Source of the DNA: Naegleria gruberi
Taxonomy: Eukaryota
Direction: 5' to 3' (one strand)
DNA: 64,000 nucleotides
NCBI GenBank assembly: GCA_000004985.1
Contig: GG738894.1
Position 1 is the first letter of the stretch. The number at the start of each line of letters is the position of its first letter. Positions 1-9,068 of this stretch are shown piece after piece. A program made the translations under genes and the position numbers. Under the pieces are notes generated by a model. It made no database searches. It had not been told where the DNA came from and saw only the letters and a program-made list of their open reading frames with translations.

Positions 1-1
1 T

Positions 2-577
2 ATTATTTGTAAACATTGTGGACATGTTTCATCAACTATGGAACCAATACTCGATGTTTCTCTTGCTCTTAAGGGAAAGAGTGGAAAGGAATGGATTGAT
101 TTAGAATCATTGGAGGAATGTTTGGAAAAGTATACGAATGACGAAAGTTTGGAAATTAATGATTATTCATGTTCCAGTTGCAAAACCAAAGCCACCATTA
201 CCAAACAGCTCAAATTTTCAAAATTGCCAAAACTTGTATGTTTCCATCTGAAACGTTTTGAACACAATGAAGGAGTTGGAAGAAAATCAGCATCCAGTTC
301 CAAAATTGATGAACACATTTCATTCCCATTCACTTTAAATATGACACCTTACATGTCAAGATCATCACAAACGAAGGACAATAACTCACCAACAACGGAG
401 GAGTACTCACTCTTTTCTGTGGTTTGTCACACTGGAGATATGAGTGGAGGTCACTATACTTGTTTCGTTAAGCATGATGTTCAATGGTATTTGTGTAATG
501 ACTCGTCCGTTTACTATGCCATGGAGGAAGATGTTGCCGATAGTGAAGCTTACTGTTTGTTTTACATGAAGAAATAA
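2..577 (+). CDS. Ubiquitin-specific protease (USP/UBP family) C-terminal part, 5'-truncated at the window edge
   Basis: The open frame runs from nt 2 (…IICKHCGHVSSTMEPILDVSLAL…). It has the zinc-ribbon-like CxxC…CSSCKTK segment, a KLPKLVCFHLKRFEH motif and the His box GGHYTCFVKHD..WYLCNDSSV typical of USP catalytic domains. Stop TAA at 575-577. Confidence 0.8.
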   Translation: MICKHCGHVSSTMEPILDVSLALKGKSGKEWIDLESLEECLEKYTNDESLEINDYSCSSCKTKATITKQLKFSKLPKLVCFHLKRFEHNEGVGRKSASSSKIDEHISFPFTLNMTPYMSRSSQTKDNNSPTTEEYSLFSVVCHTGDMSGGHYTCFVKHDVQWYLCNDSSVYYAMEEDVADSEAYCLFYMKK

Positions 578-580
578 TTA

Positions 581-604
581 ATATGATATTCTTCAATATC
601 ATAT
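581..604. other. Perfect hairpin (10-bp stem atatgatatt/aatatcatat, 4-nt loop cttc) 4 nt after the USP stop codon
   Basis: Read directly from the sequence. Possible 3'-end element, function unknown. Confidence 0.5.
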
Positions 605-938
605 CATATTACGAGATGTGTTGATAAATAATTCCTAGAGAAATGTTGGCAAGCCAATTTTGCAAGTCGTGGCTTGTGCAATAAATTCTTTAAAAGTGTA
701 TGTTTTTCACATGATGTTAAAATTAATTATTGAATATGATGCTGAAACAAAATAGAAATGCAAGATGTTGTTTTCAAATTGAATCCTGTGCGATAGTTTT
801 TATTGTCAGGTGAGAATTGATGAAGAAGGTTGATAATTTTTTTCCCTCTACCTTCCCTTCAAAAATATTCATTGTAAACAACGTGCAAACTAGTTAACCG
901 GCAAAAAATAAAAAGTTTTGTTGAAAAAAAATATCGAA

Positions 939-1398
939 ATGTCTACTCAAACAAAGCAAACCACCCAACAACAAGGAAAGGTAAGCATATCTAGAACAAC
1001 AAATACTTAACATTCTTCCTCTCTATTATTATTCACCCAATTCATAAATACTTGTGGAAATAACATTATTACAGAAGAAGACTTCTGAAAACATCAATGC
1101 TCGTCTTCAATTGGTCATGAAGAGCGGTAAATACACTTTGGGTTATGCTGAAACCATGAAGAACTTGAGACAAGCTAAGGCTAAACTCATCATTGTTTCT
1201 AACAACATTCCTCCAATCAGAAAGTCAGAAATCGAATATTACTCCATGTTGTCCCACGCTGATATTTACTTCTATCCTGGTAACAATATTGAACTCGGTA
1301 CTGCTTGTGGTAGATATCACTCTGTTGGTGTCATGTCTGTTTTGGAAGCCGGTGACTCTGATATCGTTAGAGCTGTCAAGATGATGCAAAATCAATAA
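939..1398 (+). CDS. rpl30: 60S ribosomal protein L30e; exon 1 939-980, intron 981-1074 (94 nt, GTAAGC…TTACAG), exon 2 1075-1398
   Basis: Exon 2 translates to [24 protein letters not shown]…[26 protein letters not shown], near-identical in pattern to eukaryotic L30e. Phase-0 intron; ATG at 939 sits in an A-rich context, and a pyrimidine tract lies at 835-863 upstream. Alternative unspliced start at ATG 1054 (MEITLLQKK…) cannot be excluded. Confidence 0.85.
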
Positions 1399-1554
1399 AT
1401 TTAAAAATTAAAATTATTAATTAATTCATTAACTTCAATGTTTTTCACTACCATAAAAAACGTTGGTATCTTATCCAACTACATTTTTCTCTCCTAGACT
1501 CAGATATTCATCTGATTGAAGTGGTAGAAAGAGTAAAAAAACAATTTTTAAAAA

Positions 1555-2136
1555 ATGTCTTCAAATAATAATCAAAGATTGCCACCAATTCATGAATTGG
1601 CTCCATTGATGAGAAATCCGAATAACCCTGTTGTATTCTTTGATGTTAGCATTGGTGGTCATGCAGTTGGTAGAATTAAAATTGAATTATTTGCTGATGT
1701 TACACCAAAGACTGCTGAAAACTTCCGACAATTCTGCACAGGGGAACATTTAAAGAATGGAGTGCCTGTTGGATACAAGGGTTGTGCTTTTCATAGAGTT
1801 ATTAAAGATTTTATGATTCAGGGAGGTGATTTTGTTTCTGGAGATGGAACTGGATCTTACTCAACATTTGGAACTGATCAATTCAATGATGAGAATTTTA
1901 CTTTAAAACATGATAGACCTGGAATTCTTTCAATGGCCAACAGTGGTCCAAATTCAAATGGTTGTCAATTCTTTTTAACAACAACTAAAACACCATGGTT
2001 GGATGGAAAACACGTTGTTTTTGGAGCTGTATTGAAAGGATTTGAAGTTGTGAAAAAAGTTGAAGCTGTAGCAGTTTTTGGTTCATCAAACAAACCAAAA
2101 ATGTCATGTCTCATTACTGAATGTGGAGAGTTGTAA
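1555..2136 (+). CDS. PPIH: Cyclophilin-type peptidyl-prolyl cis-trans isomerase, PPIH (U4/U6 snRNP USA-CyP/SnuCyp-20)-like, single exon
   Basis: [41 protein letters not shown]…[21 protein letters not shown]…[17 protein letters not shown]…[10 protein letters not shown] matches PPIH along its whole length. It has a ~16-aa N-terminal extension. Confidence 0.9.
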   Translation: MSSNNNQRLPPIHELAPLMRNPNNPVVFFDVSIGGHAVGRIKIELFADVTPKTAENFRQFCTGEHLKNGVPVGYKGCAFHRVIKDFMIQGGDFVSGDGTGSYSTFGTDQFNDENFTLKHDRPGILSMANSGPNSNGCQFFLTTTKTPWLDGKHVVFGAVLKGFEVVKKVEAVAVFGSSNKPKMSCLITECGEL

Positions 2137-2352
2137 GATGTGAAATGAGGATTAGTGACAAGTATGATAGTTAACATGATATTTCAATTATAATAATTTA
2201 AGACTTGGATTTATTCTATCATACATTTAACACTCGCTTAATTGAGTTATTTCATATTCGATTATTGAATAATTGAGACATTTGTAAAGAAAACAAACTC
2301 TATGTACAACAGTTTTAACAGAATATATTCAAGATTTGTAAAGTAAAGTTAT

Positions 2353-3633
2353 TTAATTTTTCAAAATGAAATCTCTGAGACGATTTTGGCTAGAGGCAAA
2401 GGATAAACAAGAGACAAGGGTTTCACAATTTTGTCTACGATCCCAAATGAATGGGCACAAGTCACGAATGATAGTGTCCTTATTATTATCGTGTGCAAAT
2501 GATCTTACAAGTAAACATGTCGAAGAGCAATCCATTGTTGCAATATTATTGGTCTTCTTCAATTGTTGAACGGCTTTTACCTTATCAGATTCAAAATTGA
2601 ATAATGAAATAATTCTGATAAGATCACTATTACCCATTGGAGAAATTTGAGATGTGGAGTATGTTACAAGAATCTTCATCTTGTCACTATCAAAACTCTT
2701 TCCTTGACAAGCAGTAATTATTGTATTGGCAAGTGAGCTCGATGTAACTGGCGTTGTTTGCATATAAACTTGAGGTTGACCATATGGTTGTGGTTGAGAG
2801 AATGGTTGTGGTTGTCCAAATGGCTGTGGTCGACCGAATGGTTGTGGAGGAGTAAATGGTTGAGGTTGGCTAAAAGGTTGTTGAGGTGGATAATTTGGAT
2901 TCATTGGTGGATTATAGGTTGGGGGAATAATAGTGCTTGGAGTTGTAAATGAAACACTAATACCAGAATTTCCAATAGAAACACCATATCCAGTATTCAC
3001 AGTAGTTGGTTGCATGGATTGCATGGTGCATCTGAAAACATCACCATTTGAAAGTGGAATATTGTTCATATCATATGTTTCAGCTCTCAAAGGATGTTGA
3101 GTTCCTTGGAATTGAATATACATGGTATGCTTATTCGAGGAGATATCTTTGATAACATAGAATTCTGCACTTCTTCCATCTTGTTGATTTCTCATCGTGA
3201 AATATCCAGCATGTGGACAAGAAGTGATGGTCCAGGATTTGCCAGAATTTTCAGTATAAGTAGTATTGACATTTTGTTGATTCATTACGGAAGAGGCCAC
3301 CATTCCATGATTCAATCCATTAACATTATAGACACTTGGTTGGGAAAAGTTGGCACTACTTGAAGCTCTATAAAAGTTATCACCCATTCCGTACAATGTA
3401 TTTCCATCTGGGCTAGAAGTGAGTCTCCAATGCACATTTCCATCAAATGTAATGTGAATTGCCCAATCACTTACACTTGTTGGTGATACCTTAGTTGAGA
3501 CCAGTGTACCTGTGGCCATTCTATTGGTTCCCTGTTGAATCCATTGAAAGGAATTTCCATTTTGTGTTGACTGCCAAATTCTACCACTTCCCTCTCTCCA
3601 GGAACCTCCAATACTTGGTGTGACGTTACCCAT
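2353..3633 (-). CDS. Trp/Gly-rich lectin-like N-terminal region + (PQPF)n Pro/Gln-rich linker + conserved C-terminal domain; no signal peptide; single exon
   Basis: 426-aa ORF with ATG at 3633 and an in-frame stop just upstream. The N-terminal ~230 aa has repeated W-containing motifs (GSWREG…IWQ…FQWIQ…VHWRL). The linker is PQQPFSQPQPFTPPQPFGRPQPFGQPQPFSQPQPYGQPQ. Resemblance to dictyostelid ricin-B/Cup-like or discoidin-like cytosolic lectins is recalled from memory, not verified. Confidence 0.6.
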   Translation of the reverse strand: MGNVTPSIGGSWREGSGRIWQSTQNGNSFQWIQQGTNRMATGTLVSTKVSPTSVSDWAIHITFDGNVHWRLTSSPDGNTLYGMGDNFYRASSSANFSQPSVYNVNGLNHGMVASSVMNQQNVNTTYTENSGKSWTITSCPHAGYFTMRNQQDGRSAEFYVIKDISSNKHTMYIQFQGTQHPLRAETYDMNNIPLSNGDVFRCTMQSMQPTTVNTGYGVSIGNSGISVSFTTPSTIIPPTYNPPMNPNYPPQQPFSQPQPFTPPQPFGRPQPFGQPQPFSQPQPYGQPQVYMQTTPVTSSSLANTIITACQGKSFDSDKMKILVTYSTSQISPMGNSDLIRIISLFNFESDKVKAVQQLKKTNNIATMDCSSTCLLVRSFAHDNNKDTIIRDLCPFIWDRRQNCETLVSCLSFASSQNRLRDFILKN

Positions 3634-4130
3634 TCTCTTAATGATTTATGGTGGTGATTATTAATACTTGTTTGTGATTTTTCTTTGTTTTCCTTGTTAC
3701 TAGTTGGTAAAGTGGAATGCGAAGAAATGATCAATTTACAGTGTTACAACTCATTGAGTGGAATTTAAGGAAGAACACATGCTTGGAGTTGAATGATTCA
3801 TCAATAGCTAGAGCATGATGGATCGGAAGAGGTAATACTACTTGTGGTATCATTCCTTGAAGCATCTTTTGCAATTGTCTAACATATGGATACGGAAATG
3901 CTGTAACCCTTAATGAAACACTTGGTGCAATTGGAGAAACAACTAAGGAATTTAGTAGTTCTTTAATCCTCATTGGATTCTAATAACTCCTTACTCAAGG
4001 TCATCTCAGTTGGTCTTTGTCAAATGAAAAGAAATGTTGCGTGTAACTGCTTTCAAATTGTTCAACATTCAAACTATCACATTTCAGAAGCATATTACAA
4101 CAAAAAAAATTTAAACGTTTATTAATCGTA

Positions 4131-4369
4131 TGAACCCGACGGGTTCGTCTTGATGATATTACGAATATTAAATAATAAATTCTTTCTTGTTGGGATTGCT
4201 TTGTTCATTTCTTGTAACTCTGTGGACACAAATACTTGGCTTGAACACCCTATGCTGGAACCCCGGGTAGTATAGGGTACGGTGACTTAACCCGACGTAA
4301 GTATTGCGGCAACACACTGTGGTCTCAGGGTCAACAGTGTAGTTACTGGGTGGTACGACATTTTTTTTG
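4131..4369 (+). ncRNA. Candidate structured small RNA (GC-rich island ending in T8); possibly Pol III-transcribed; identity and strand unresolved
   Basis: A ~50% GC block stands out from the AT-rich surroundings. Hairpins: gaacccg-acg-ggttc (4132-4146), accctat…atagggt around cccggg, and cactgt…acagtg. It ends in …ggtacgACAtttttttt (T8 at 4362-4369); an A8 run at 4102-4109 would terminate a minus-strand transcript. No confident family match by eye (not 5S, tRNA, U6 or U1). Confidence 0.3.
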
Positions 4370-4388
4370 AGACGTTACAACAAAAAAA

Positions 4389-5420
4389 ATGGATGATTAC
4401 GATGCAATTAATAATCTAGATGTAGGGACACCCCATGATAGGACGGACATTGATCTGGTTCCACTTGCAATTACTGACAATTTGGATGAATTGACTATAA
4501 AGGAATTTGATGAATTACAATCAGCCTTGATTATTCGAGCAGATACATCAGAACCTGCCCACTTTATGCAATGTATTGAAGAGAGATTGTGTTATTATGT
4601 TAAAAATCCAAAATTATTCAAGACTTCGGAGGAGTCCACTGAATCACATTGGACGAGATTCATGCTCGATCAGAAATGTATATTCAAGAAGGTGGATAGG
4701 ATTAATGAATCCAGTTTTTGTAGCTTGCAACCTCAAGTGATGAGGAGCTTTCTGAGAGGATATAATATTGTTTTCTTCACGTTATATTCTGGAACTTATA
4801 CGGGATTTGATTCAGTTGTTGTAGGTGTGATTAATGATTTAATCAACAGTGGAGAGTTGTCTGTAGTGTTTTTGAGAGGAGCAGGACGATCAGTTCCAAT
4901 GAGACTTGGTTTTGTGAGAAGAAAGGACGCAAATGATGGTTATGTGGAGTATACAGATGGAACTTATGTACAACTCTTGCTTCAAAATATTAAGCAATTG
5001 GATAATCAGAGCTTGACTATATTTGTGAATAAGTGTATGAACAAATTAGAAAATAGAGTTCAAACAATTGGTGAAGTGGAAGAGACTATTGAGGATTGTT
5101 TGAAATTGGATGATTTATACATTTGTGGAGTTTGTGACACCACCTTGAGTAATGTAAATGATTGGCATTTACTTGCTAGGAGTGTAAGTGAAAGGGAGAA
5201 ATATCCATGGGTTATTCACAAAACTAAGAAGGTAATGTTCACTCCATGGTATGGATATAGTCATGGAAATGAAAACCAATGCCTACTGACCTTGTATGCA
5301 TTGAGATATCTTTTGTATGAACATATGAAGCACTTCCACAATATCAATAGTTTCAAATCTAATTTATTGATCAAAATAATTAACAATCAACTCTCTGATA
5401 TCTCAATAGATTTTGAATAA
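4389..5420 (+). CDS. Hypothetical protein (343 aa), no recognisable domain
   Basis: Long ORF with an A-rich ATG context (caaaaaaaATGg) and codon usage similar to neighbouring genes. No family recognised by reading. Confidence 0.5.
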   Translation: MDDYDAINNLDVGTPHDRTDIDLVPLAITDNLDELTIKEFDELQSALIIRADTSEPAHFMQCIEERLCYYVKNPKLFKTSEESTESHWTRFMLDQKCIFKKVDRINESSFCSLQPQVMRSFLRGYNIVFFTLYSGTYTGFDSVVVGVINDLINSGELSVVFLRGAGRSVPMRLGFVRRKDANDGYVEYTDGTYVQLLLQNIKQLDNQSLTIFVNKCMNKLENRVQTIGEVEETIEDCLKLDDLYICGVCDTTLSNVNDWHLLARSVSEREKYPWVIHKTKKVMFTPWYGYSHGNENQCLLTLYALRYLLYEHMKHFHNINSFKSNLLIKIINNQLSDISIDFE

Positions 5421-5482
5421 ATTCTATTTATCAAGAACATTTTGAACGCAACTTTCAATGTTTTGACTCTATGTATCATCTG

Positions 5483-5502
5483 TTTCTTGGGTACCCAAGA
5501 AA
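5483..5502. other. 20-bp perfect palindrome tttcttgggtacccaagaaa between two + strand ORFs
   Basis: Read directly from the sequence; the reverse complement is identical. Centred on GGTACC. Confidence 0.6.
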
Positions 5503-5630
5503 TGTTGTTCAAAAAGTTATTTTTGTAATATGTAACACACAAATAACTTTAATTCCTTTTTCAAAATTCTTTTAATAGCACAAAAATCTCATGCCAATCA
5601 ATGAATTCAACACAAAAAGAATAACACAAC

Positions 5631-6026
5631 ATGAATAACAATAATTTTAACAATAATAGTAACAACATGATGAATAATAATAGAAGAGTAGGAGATCAAG
5701 ATTTAAATCCATTGCCTTGTTTTCAACCTTTACATGGAAATGCTCCTTCCTCAATGAGTGGTGGATTTGGTGGCAATCAAGTTGGACCAAATAATCCAAT
5801 TTTCAATGATCGTTCGAATTTTCCTTCTGCTTCTTCAATAATGGGAGGAGATATGAAACCTCCTCAGATGTTACCAGGTTCTCGATTTGATCCAGTTTAT
5901 CCTACCATTGAACCATTTGGAGGTTCTGGAAGTGGAAATAGAGGAGGTAATTCTTCATCATCTTCATTTGGAAATGTTAATCCAGATCATCACAAACCTC
6001 CACAATTTGAAGATGAAGATTTGTAA
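5631..6026 (+). CDS. N-rich low-complexity protein (131 aa) with PI31 (proteasome inhibitor, PSMF1)-like C-terminal motifs; may be a terminal exon of a longer gene
   Basis: MNNNNFNNNSNN… start. The C-terminal half is Gly/Pro-rich with …GSRFDPVYP…NPDHHKPPQFEDEDL, resembling the PI31 tail (…ARFDPFGP…NPDHLPPPGYDDMYL, recalled from memory). No FP domain is visible upstream, and a terminal HbYX Tyr is absent. Confidence 0.4.
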   Translation: MNNNNFNNNSNNMMNNNRRVGDQDLNPLPCFQPLHGNAPSSMSGGFGGNQVGPNNPIFNDRSNFPSASSIMGGDMKPPQMLPGSRFDPVYPTIEPFGGSGSGNRGGNSSSSSFGNVNPDHHKPPQFEDEDL

Positions 6027-6070
6027 TTATTTCTAAAGATTGAAACAAGAGATTCAACAATATAGCCCGA

Positions 6071-6148
6071 GTTAATATGTAAAATGAATAAATTTCTGCA
6101 TCCAATTATTTAAATATTCTTTATATTCATTGTATTAAGGAAATGAAT
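6071..6148 (+). promoter_or_regulatory. Conserved 5' flank shared by 5S copies 1 and 3 (putative upstream promoter element or repeat-unit sequence)
   Basis: …tgtaaaatgaataaattt(c/t)tgc(a/c)t(c/t)ccaattatt(t/a)aaatattctttatattcattgtattaaggaaatgaatgg is near-identical at 6071-6148 and 16964-17041. It is absent upstream of copy 2. Confidence 0.6.
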
Positions 6149-6266
6149 GGCTACGGCCATATCACGATGAATGCACCTCATCCCGTCCGATTTGAGAAGT
6201 TAAGCATCGTCGAGCCACATCAGTACTGAGGTTGGAGACAACTTGGGAACCTGTGGTGCTGTAGTC
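6149..6266 (+). rRNA. 5S rRNA gene, copy 1 (118 nt)
   Basis: ggctacggccatatcac…catcccgtccgatttgagaagttaagc…agtactgaggttggagacaacttgggaacctgtggtgctgtagtc. Helix I 5'/3' ends are complementary, loop C and box-A/box-C regions are conserved, and it is followed by TTTTT. It resembles dictyostelid 5S (GGUUGGAGACAAC…GGGAAC). Confidence 0.9.
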
Positions 6267-6271
6267 TTTTT
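6267..6271 (+). terminator. Pol III T5 terminator after 5S copy 1
   Basis: A ttttt run immediately 3' of the 5S end. Confidence 0.7.
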
Positions 6272-6803
6272 AATTTCAATTTAATTTCAAGCTTATTGTT
6301 TTTACAGCTTTAAATATTGAAATGTAGAGAACATTGAAATGGAAATGTTCAAATATGTGAAGAAAATTAAATACAAATCATTTGACATTTAAAGAACTTT
6401 ATTGAAAAACTTGTAAATTCAATCTTATCCAAATTGTTTGGGTTGTTGTTTACTATTAAGGAGACTCTTTTAACTGCTGTGGATTCACATTACTGCAAAT
6501 ACTTGGTTACAATCAGGGATTCCCTCCCTCTACATTAATTATCAGCCCTCTCGCCACTCTTTCTAGAACGATTTGATTGGACAAGAGGGCTCAATGAATC
6601 TATGAAAATACTCGACTGAAGATTCATTGCAGTAGGTTTCTTTTTTAATTGAACAAGAGACAATTTTCACATTCAAGCCAGCTCTCTTTCTATTCATATT
6701 TTAGGAAATGCCACTTTCAAACTTTTGAAGCAAACATTGATGAATGAAATTTTCATTTGATCAACAAGTTCATAGAAGGATCAATATCAGTTATATCTGT
6801 CTT

Positions 6804-6850
6804 CTACGGCCATATCACCTCATCTCAATTAGGAACCTGTCTTTTTGTCT
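6804..6850 (+). pseudogene. Internally deleted 5S rRNA relic
   Basis: ctacggccatatcac|ctcatc…aggaacctgt|ctttttgtc retains the 5S 5' end, part of loop C and the 3' end with a T-run, but lacks ~80 internal nt. Confidence 0.45.
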
Positions 6851-7934
6851 TATTGATTTTTCAAGGGTAAGTTGGCCTAGTTGTCCACTTCCATTTCACA
6901 GATTATTATAGCATTTGTGCAAGGAATGAGGAAATTCTCCACTTAATTAGTTGTTTCTTACAACTTCGGGAGGAAGTTCTTAAAAATTGTGAGCTGATCT
7001 TGAAGCCATGATGGAAATTGCTCCACCTCAATAATTTAATCAAGTCAACATTCAATTATTTTCTTGAATTGAAATTTATATTTTTCACACATAAAAGTAC
7101 CACAATTTTTTAACCTCACTTTTCACACATTCAAAACCAATATCACAAACCTCACAAATCAAACTAGATAAAACCATTGACTGTACTTCTACAGGATCTT
7201 TTCTGTAGGAATACATAAACTCGACTTTTTTGAGTCAATCTGACCTTTGAGGTTAACCAAGATGAAGACTCTGTAGTCATATATCTTGAGCATGATATCG
7301 AACTGGAAACATGCTTCGTTGTAGGTTTCCTCGTTCATAGATGATTGCTGCATTCCTTACCAGCCATGGTTTGTGAATGGGGGATTTGTGAACATGCAGA
7401 TTGGTACCTTAATTTTTTTAATAATTAATAGAAACTTAAACAATTTCAATGAACCTATGTTTCTTTTGTTGATTTTCACTCATCATGTGAACATGCAGAT
7501 CTATTAGATCTATTTGGAACTTTCTTTGCATTTTAGGTACATAAATGAAAGAGTTCTTCACTACCTTGGCCAACAGATTGAAATTTATAAGGAAATTCAA
7601 AAAGATCAGTTATCAAATTTTGTCACCCCTTTAATTGAAACTTCCATTTCAGAGTTGGATCTATTTTTAAAGAAAGAATTATACCATAATGAAATGAATG
7701 TTTTCAATTCTAACATCACGATCAGCTCATTTCTCTGAAGTGTTGGTGGCGAAACTCCATCCATGCCTTTTTTACCTCCTGTTAAAATTTCATTAAGAAT
7801 TTGAATGGAACTTTGGTATTAGTTTTATCTGGTTCAAAACCATCAATTTTCGAATGGTGTTTTAGTACTCACTCACAAATTAAACTATAACAAATTAAGA
7901 GATAGCTCATTATCTTAATTTTTATAACAACAAT

Positions 7935-8052
7935 GGCTACGGCCATATCACGATGAATGTACCTCATCCCGTCCGATTTGAGAAGTTAAGCATCGTCGAG
8001 CCACATCAGTACTGAGGTTGGAGACAACTTGGGAACCTGTGGTGCTGTAGTC
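7935..8052 (+). rRNA. 5S rRNA gene, copy 2 (118 nt; one substitution, c->t, relative to copies 1 and 3; different 5' flank)
   Basis: Same sequence as copy 1 except gaatgTacctc. Followed by ttttta. Confidence 0.9.
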
Positions 8053-8057
8053 TTTTT
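8053..8057 (+). terminator. Pol III T5 terminator after 5S copy 2
   Basis: A ttttt run. Confidence 0.7.
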
Positions 8058-8245
8058 ATATTTTCCAAAACGAATGTCAAATTTCCTTTTTAGAGTCTAT
8101 TGAAAATGCATTTAATTTGTCAACTACATCATTTGTCATAGTGTTTGTCAATTCTAACAACAAAAAATACCACACGCATCCATTTTCAATAATAAATTAA
8201 ATAATACCACAGGATCACTACAGTCAACACATCATTATCATCATC

Positions 8246-8764
8246 ATGGTCAAACACTCCGTCAAGAAACTCATTCCACTGAGTAGAGAAGAATATTGGA
8301 AAATAATATTTACTGATGATTTTGATAAATTCACAGCTCCTCTGCTCAAATTCAACAAAGTTGAAACTGAAACACTTCCAAGTGAAGATGTTAATATTGT
8401 CAAGAGAACTGCCAAAGTCTTTCCAGATTATGACATTCCCCATGCATTGTTGCACTTGTTAGGTCAGGAAGAATTTCACTATGTCGATCATCAGGAAAAG
8501 AATTTATTGAACTATACCATGAATAGTAATACTATGCCTCCACTGAGTCATCACGATATTCTAAAGATCAGTACTCATCAACATATTGAACCAATTGACG
8601 AACATAGTTGTTATCATGTTTTGGAAACAGAAATTCACTGTTCTGTGTTGTTACTTGGTCACTTGGTTGAGAAGGCAATTATTCATGGTGTTGAGAATGG
8701 TTATGATTTATTACCAAAAGCCGTGGAAGCTTACATTGCTCACTTGAATTCGGAAGTAAAATAA
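8246..8764 (+). CDS. Hypothetical protein (172 aa)
   Basis: ORF with ATG after an in-frame TAA upstream. No clear family; a faint resemblance of the N-terminus (MVK…YWKIIF) to PRELI/MSF1-type lipid-binding proteins is not reliable. Confidence 0.4.
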   Translation: MVKHSVKKLIPLSREEYWKIIFTDDFDKFTAPLLKFNKVETETLPSEDVNIVKRTAKVFPDYDIPHALLHLLGQEEFHYVDHQEKNLLNYTMNSNTMPPLSHHDILKISTHQHIEPIDEHSCYHVLETEIHCSVLLLGHLVEKAIIHGVENGYDLLPKAVEAYIAHLNSEVK

Positions 8765-8849
8765 TTTGAATTTGAACCACTCTATTTTTAAATTATGCAA
8801 ATAATATGAAAATAGTTATGAAAATGAATGTGCATTTATGAAATTGAAG

Positions 8850-8925
8850 AAGAGGTTCATTTTCGTAAGTGAATCAGAGGTTCAAATTCAAACAAGTCTG
8901 AAAATGAAGCTGTGGAGGTTCAAGT
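8850..8925 (+). promoter_or_regulatory. Three direct repeats of (A/G)GAGGTTCA spaced ~25-35 bp apart, ~150-220 bp upstream of the EF-2-like ATG
   Basis: gaagaagaggttcatttt / cagaggttcaaattc / ggaggttcaagttg, read directly from the sequence. Confidence 0.3.
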
Positions 8926-9068
8926 TGAAAGCAAGCAAATTTAGCTCTATTTAAACACCTCTCAAAAGTATTCTCACTCCATCAAACAAACAAAAAAAAA
9001 CAACAAATTAACTAACAGCTCATTCAATAGCTCAATATTCAAATACAGATTATTTAAATAATTACAAT

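Noticed and set aside
2758-2952. W/L-rich + strand ORF (WLWLREWLWLSKWLW…)
   Set aside because: Antisense translation of the PQPF repeat of the minus-strand gene; a repeat artefact.
3471-3973. Two minus-strand ORFs (87 and 80 aa) upstream of and overlapping the lectin-like gene start
   Set aside because: Out of frame with the 2353-3633 CDS, whose ATG is preceded by an in-frame stop. No splice signals link them and there is no similarity.
4389-6026. Joining the 343-aa ORF and the PI31-like ORF into one spliced gene
   Set aside because: The first ORF ends in TAA with no GT donor in a suitable frame nearby, and the 210-bp spacer has no acceptor-like polypyrimidine-AG giving a continuous frame. 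They are kept as separate features.
6586-6648. Hairpin tgaatct…agattca with CUGA and AUGAAA boxes followed by T6, considered as a C/D snoRNA
   Set aside because: Too short for a C/D snoRNA and the box C is degenerate; left uncalled.
7514-7738. 74-aa ORF in the 5S-rich intergenic region
   Set aside because: Short, with no start context or similarity, in an AT-rich spacer between 5S copies; most likely a chance ORF.
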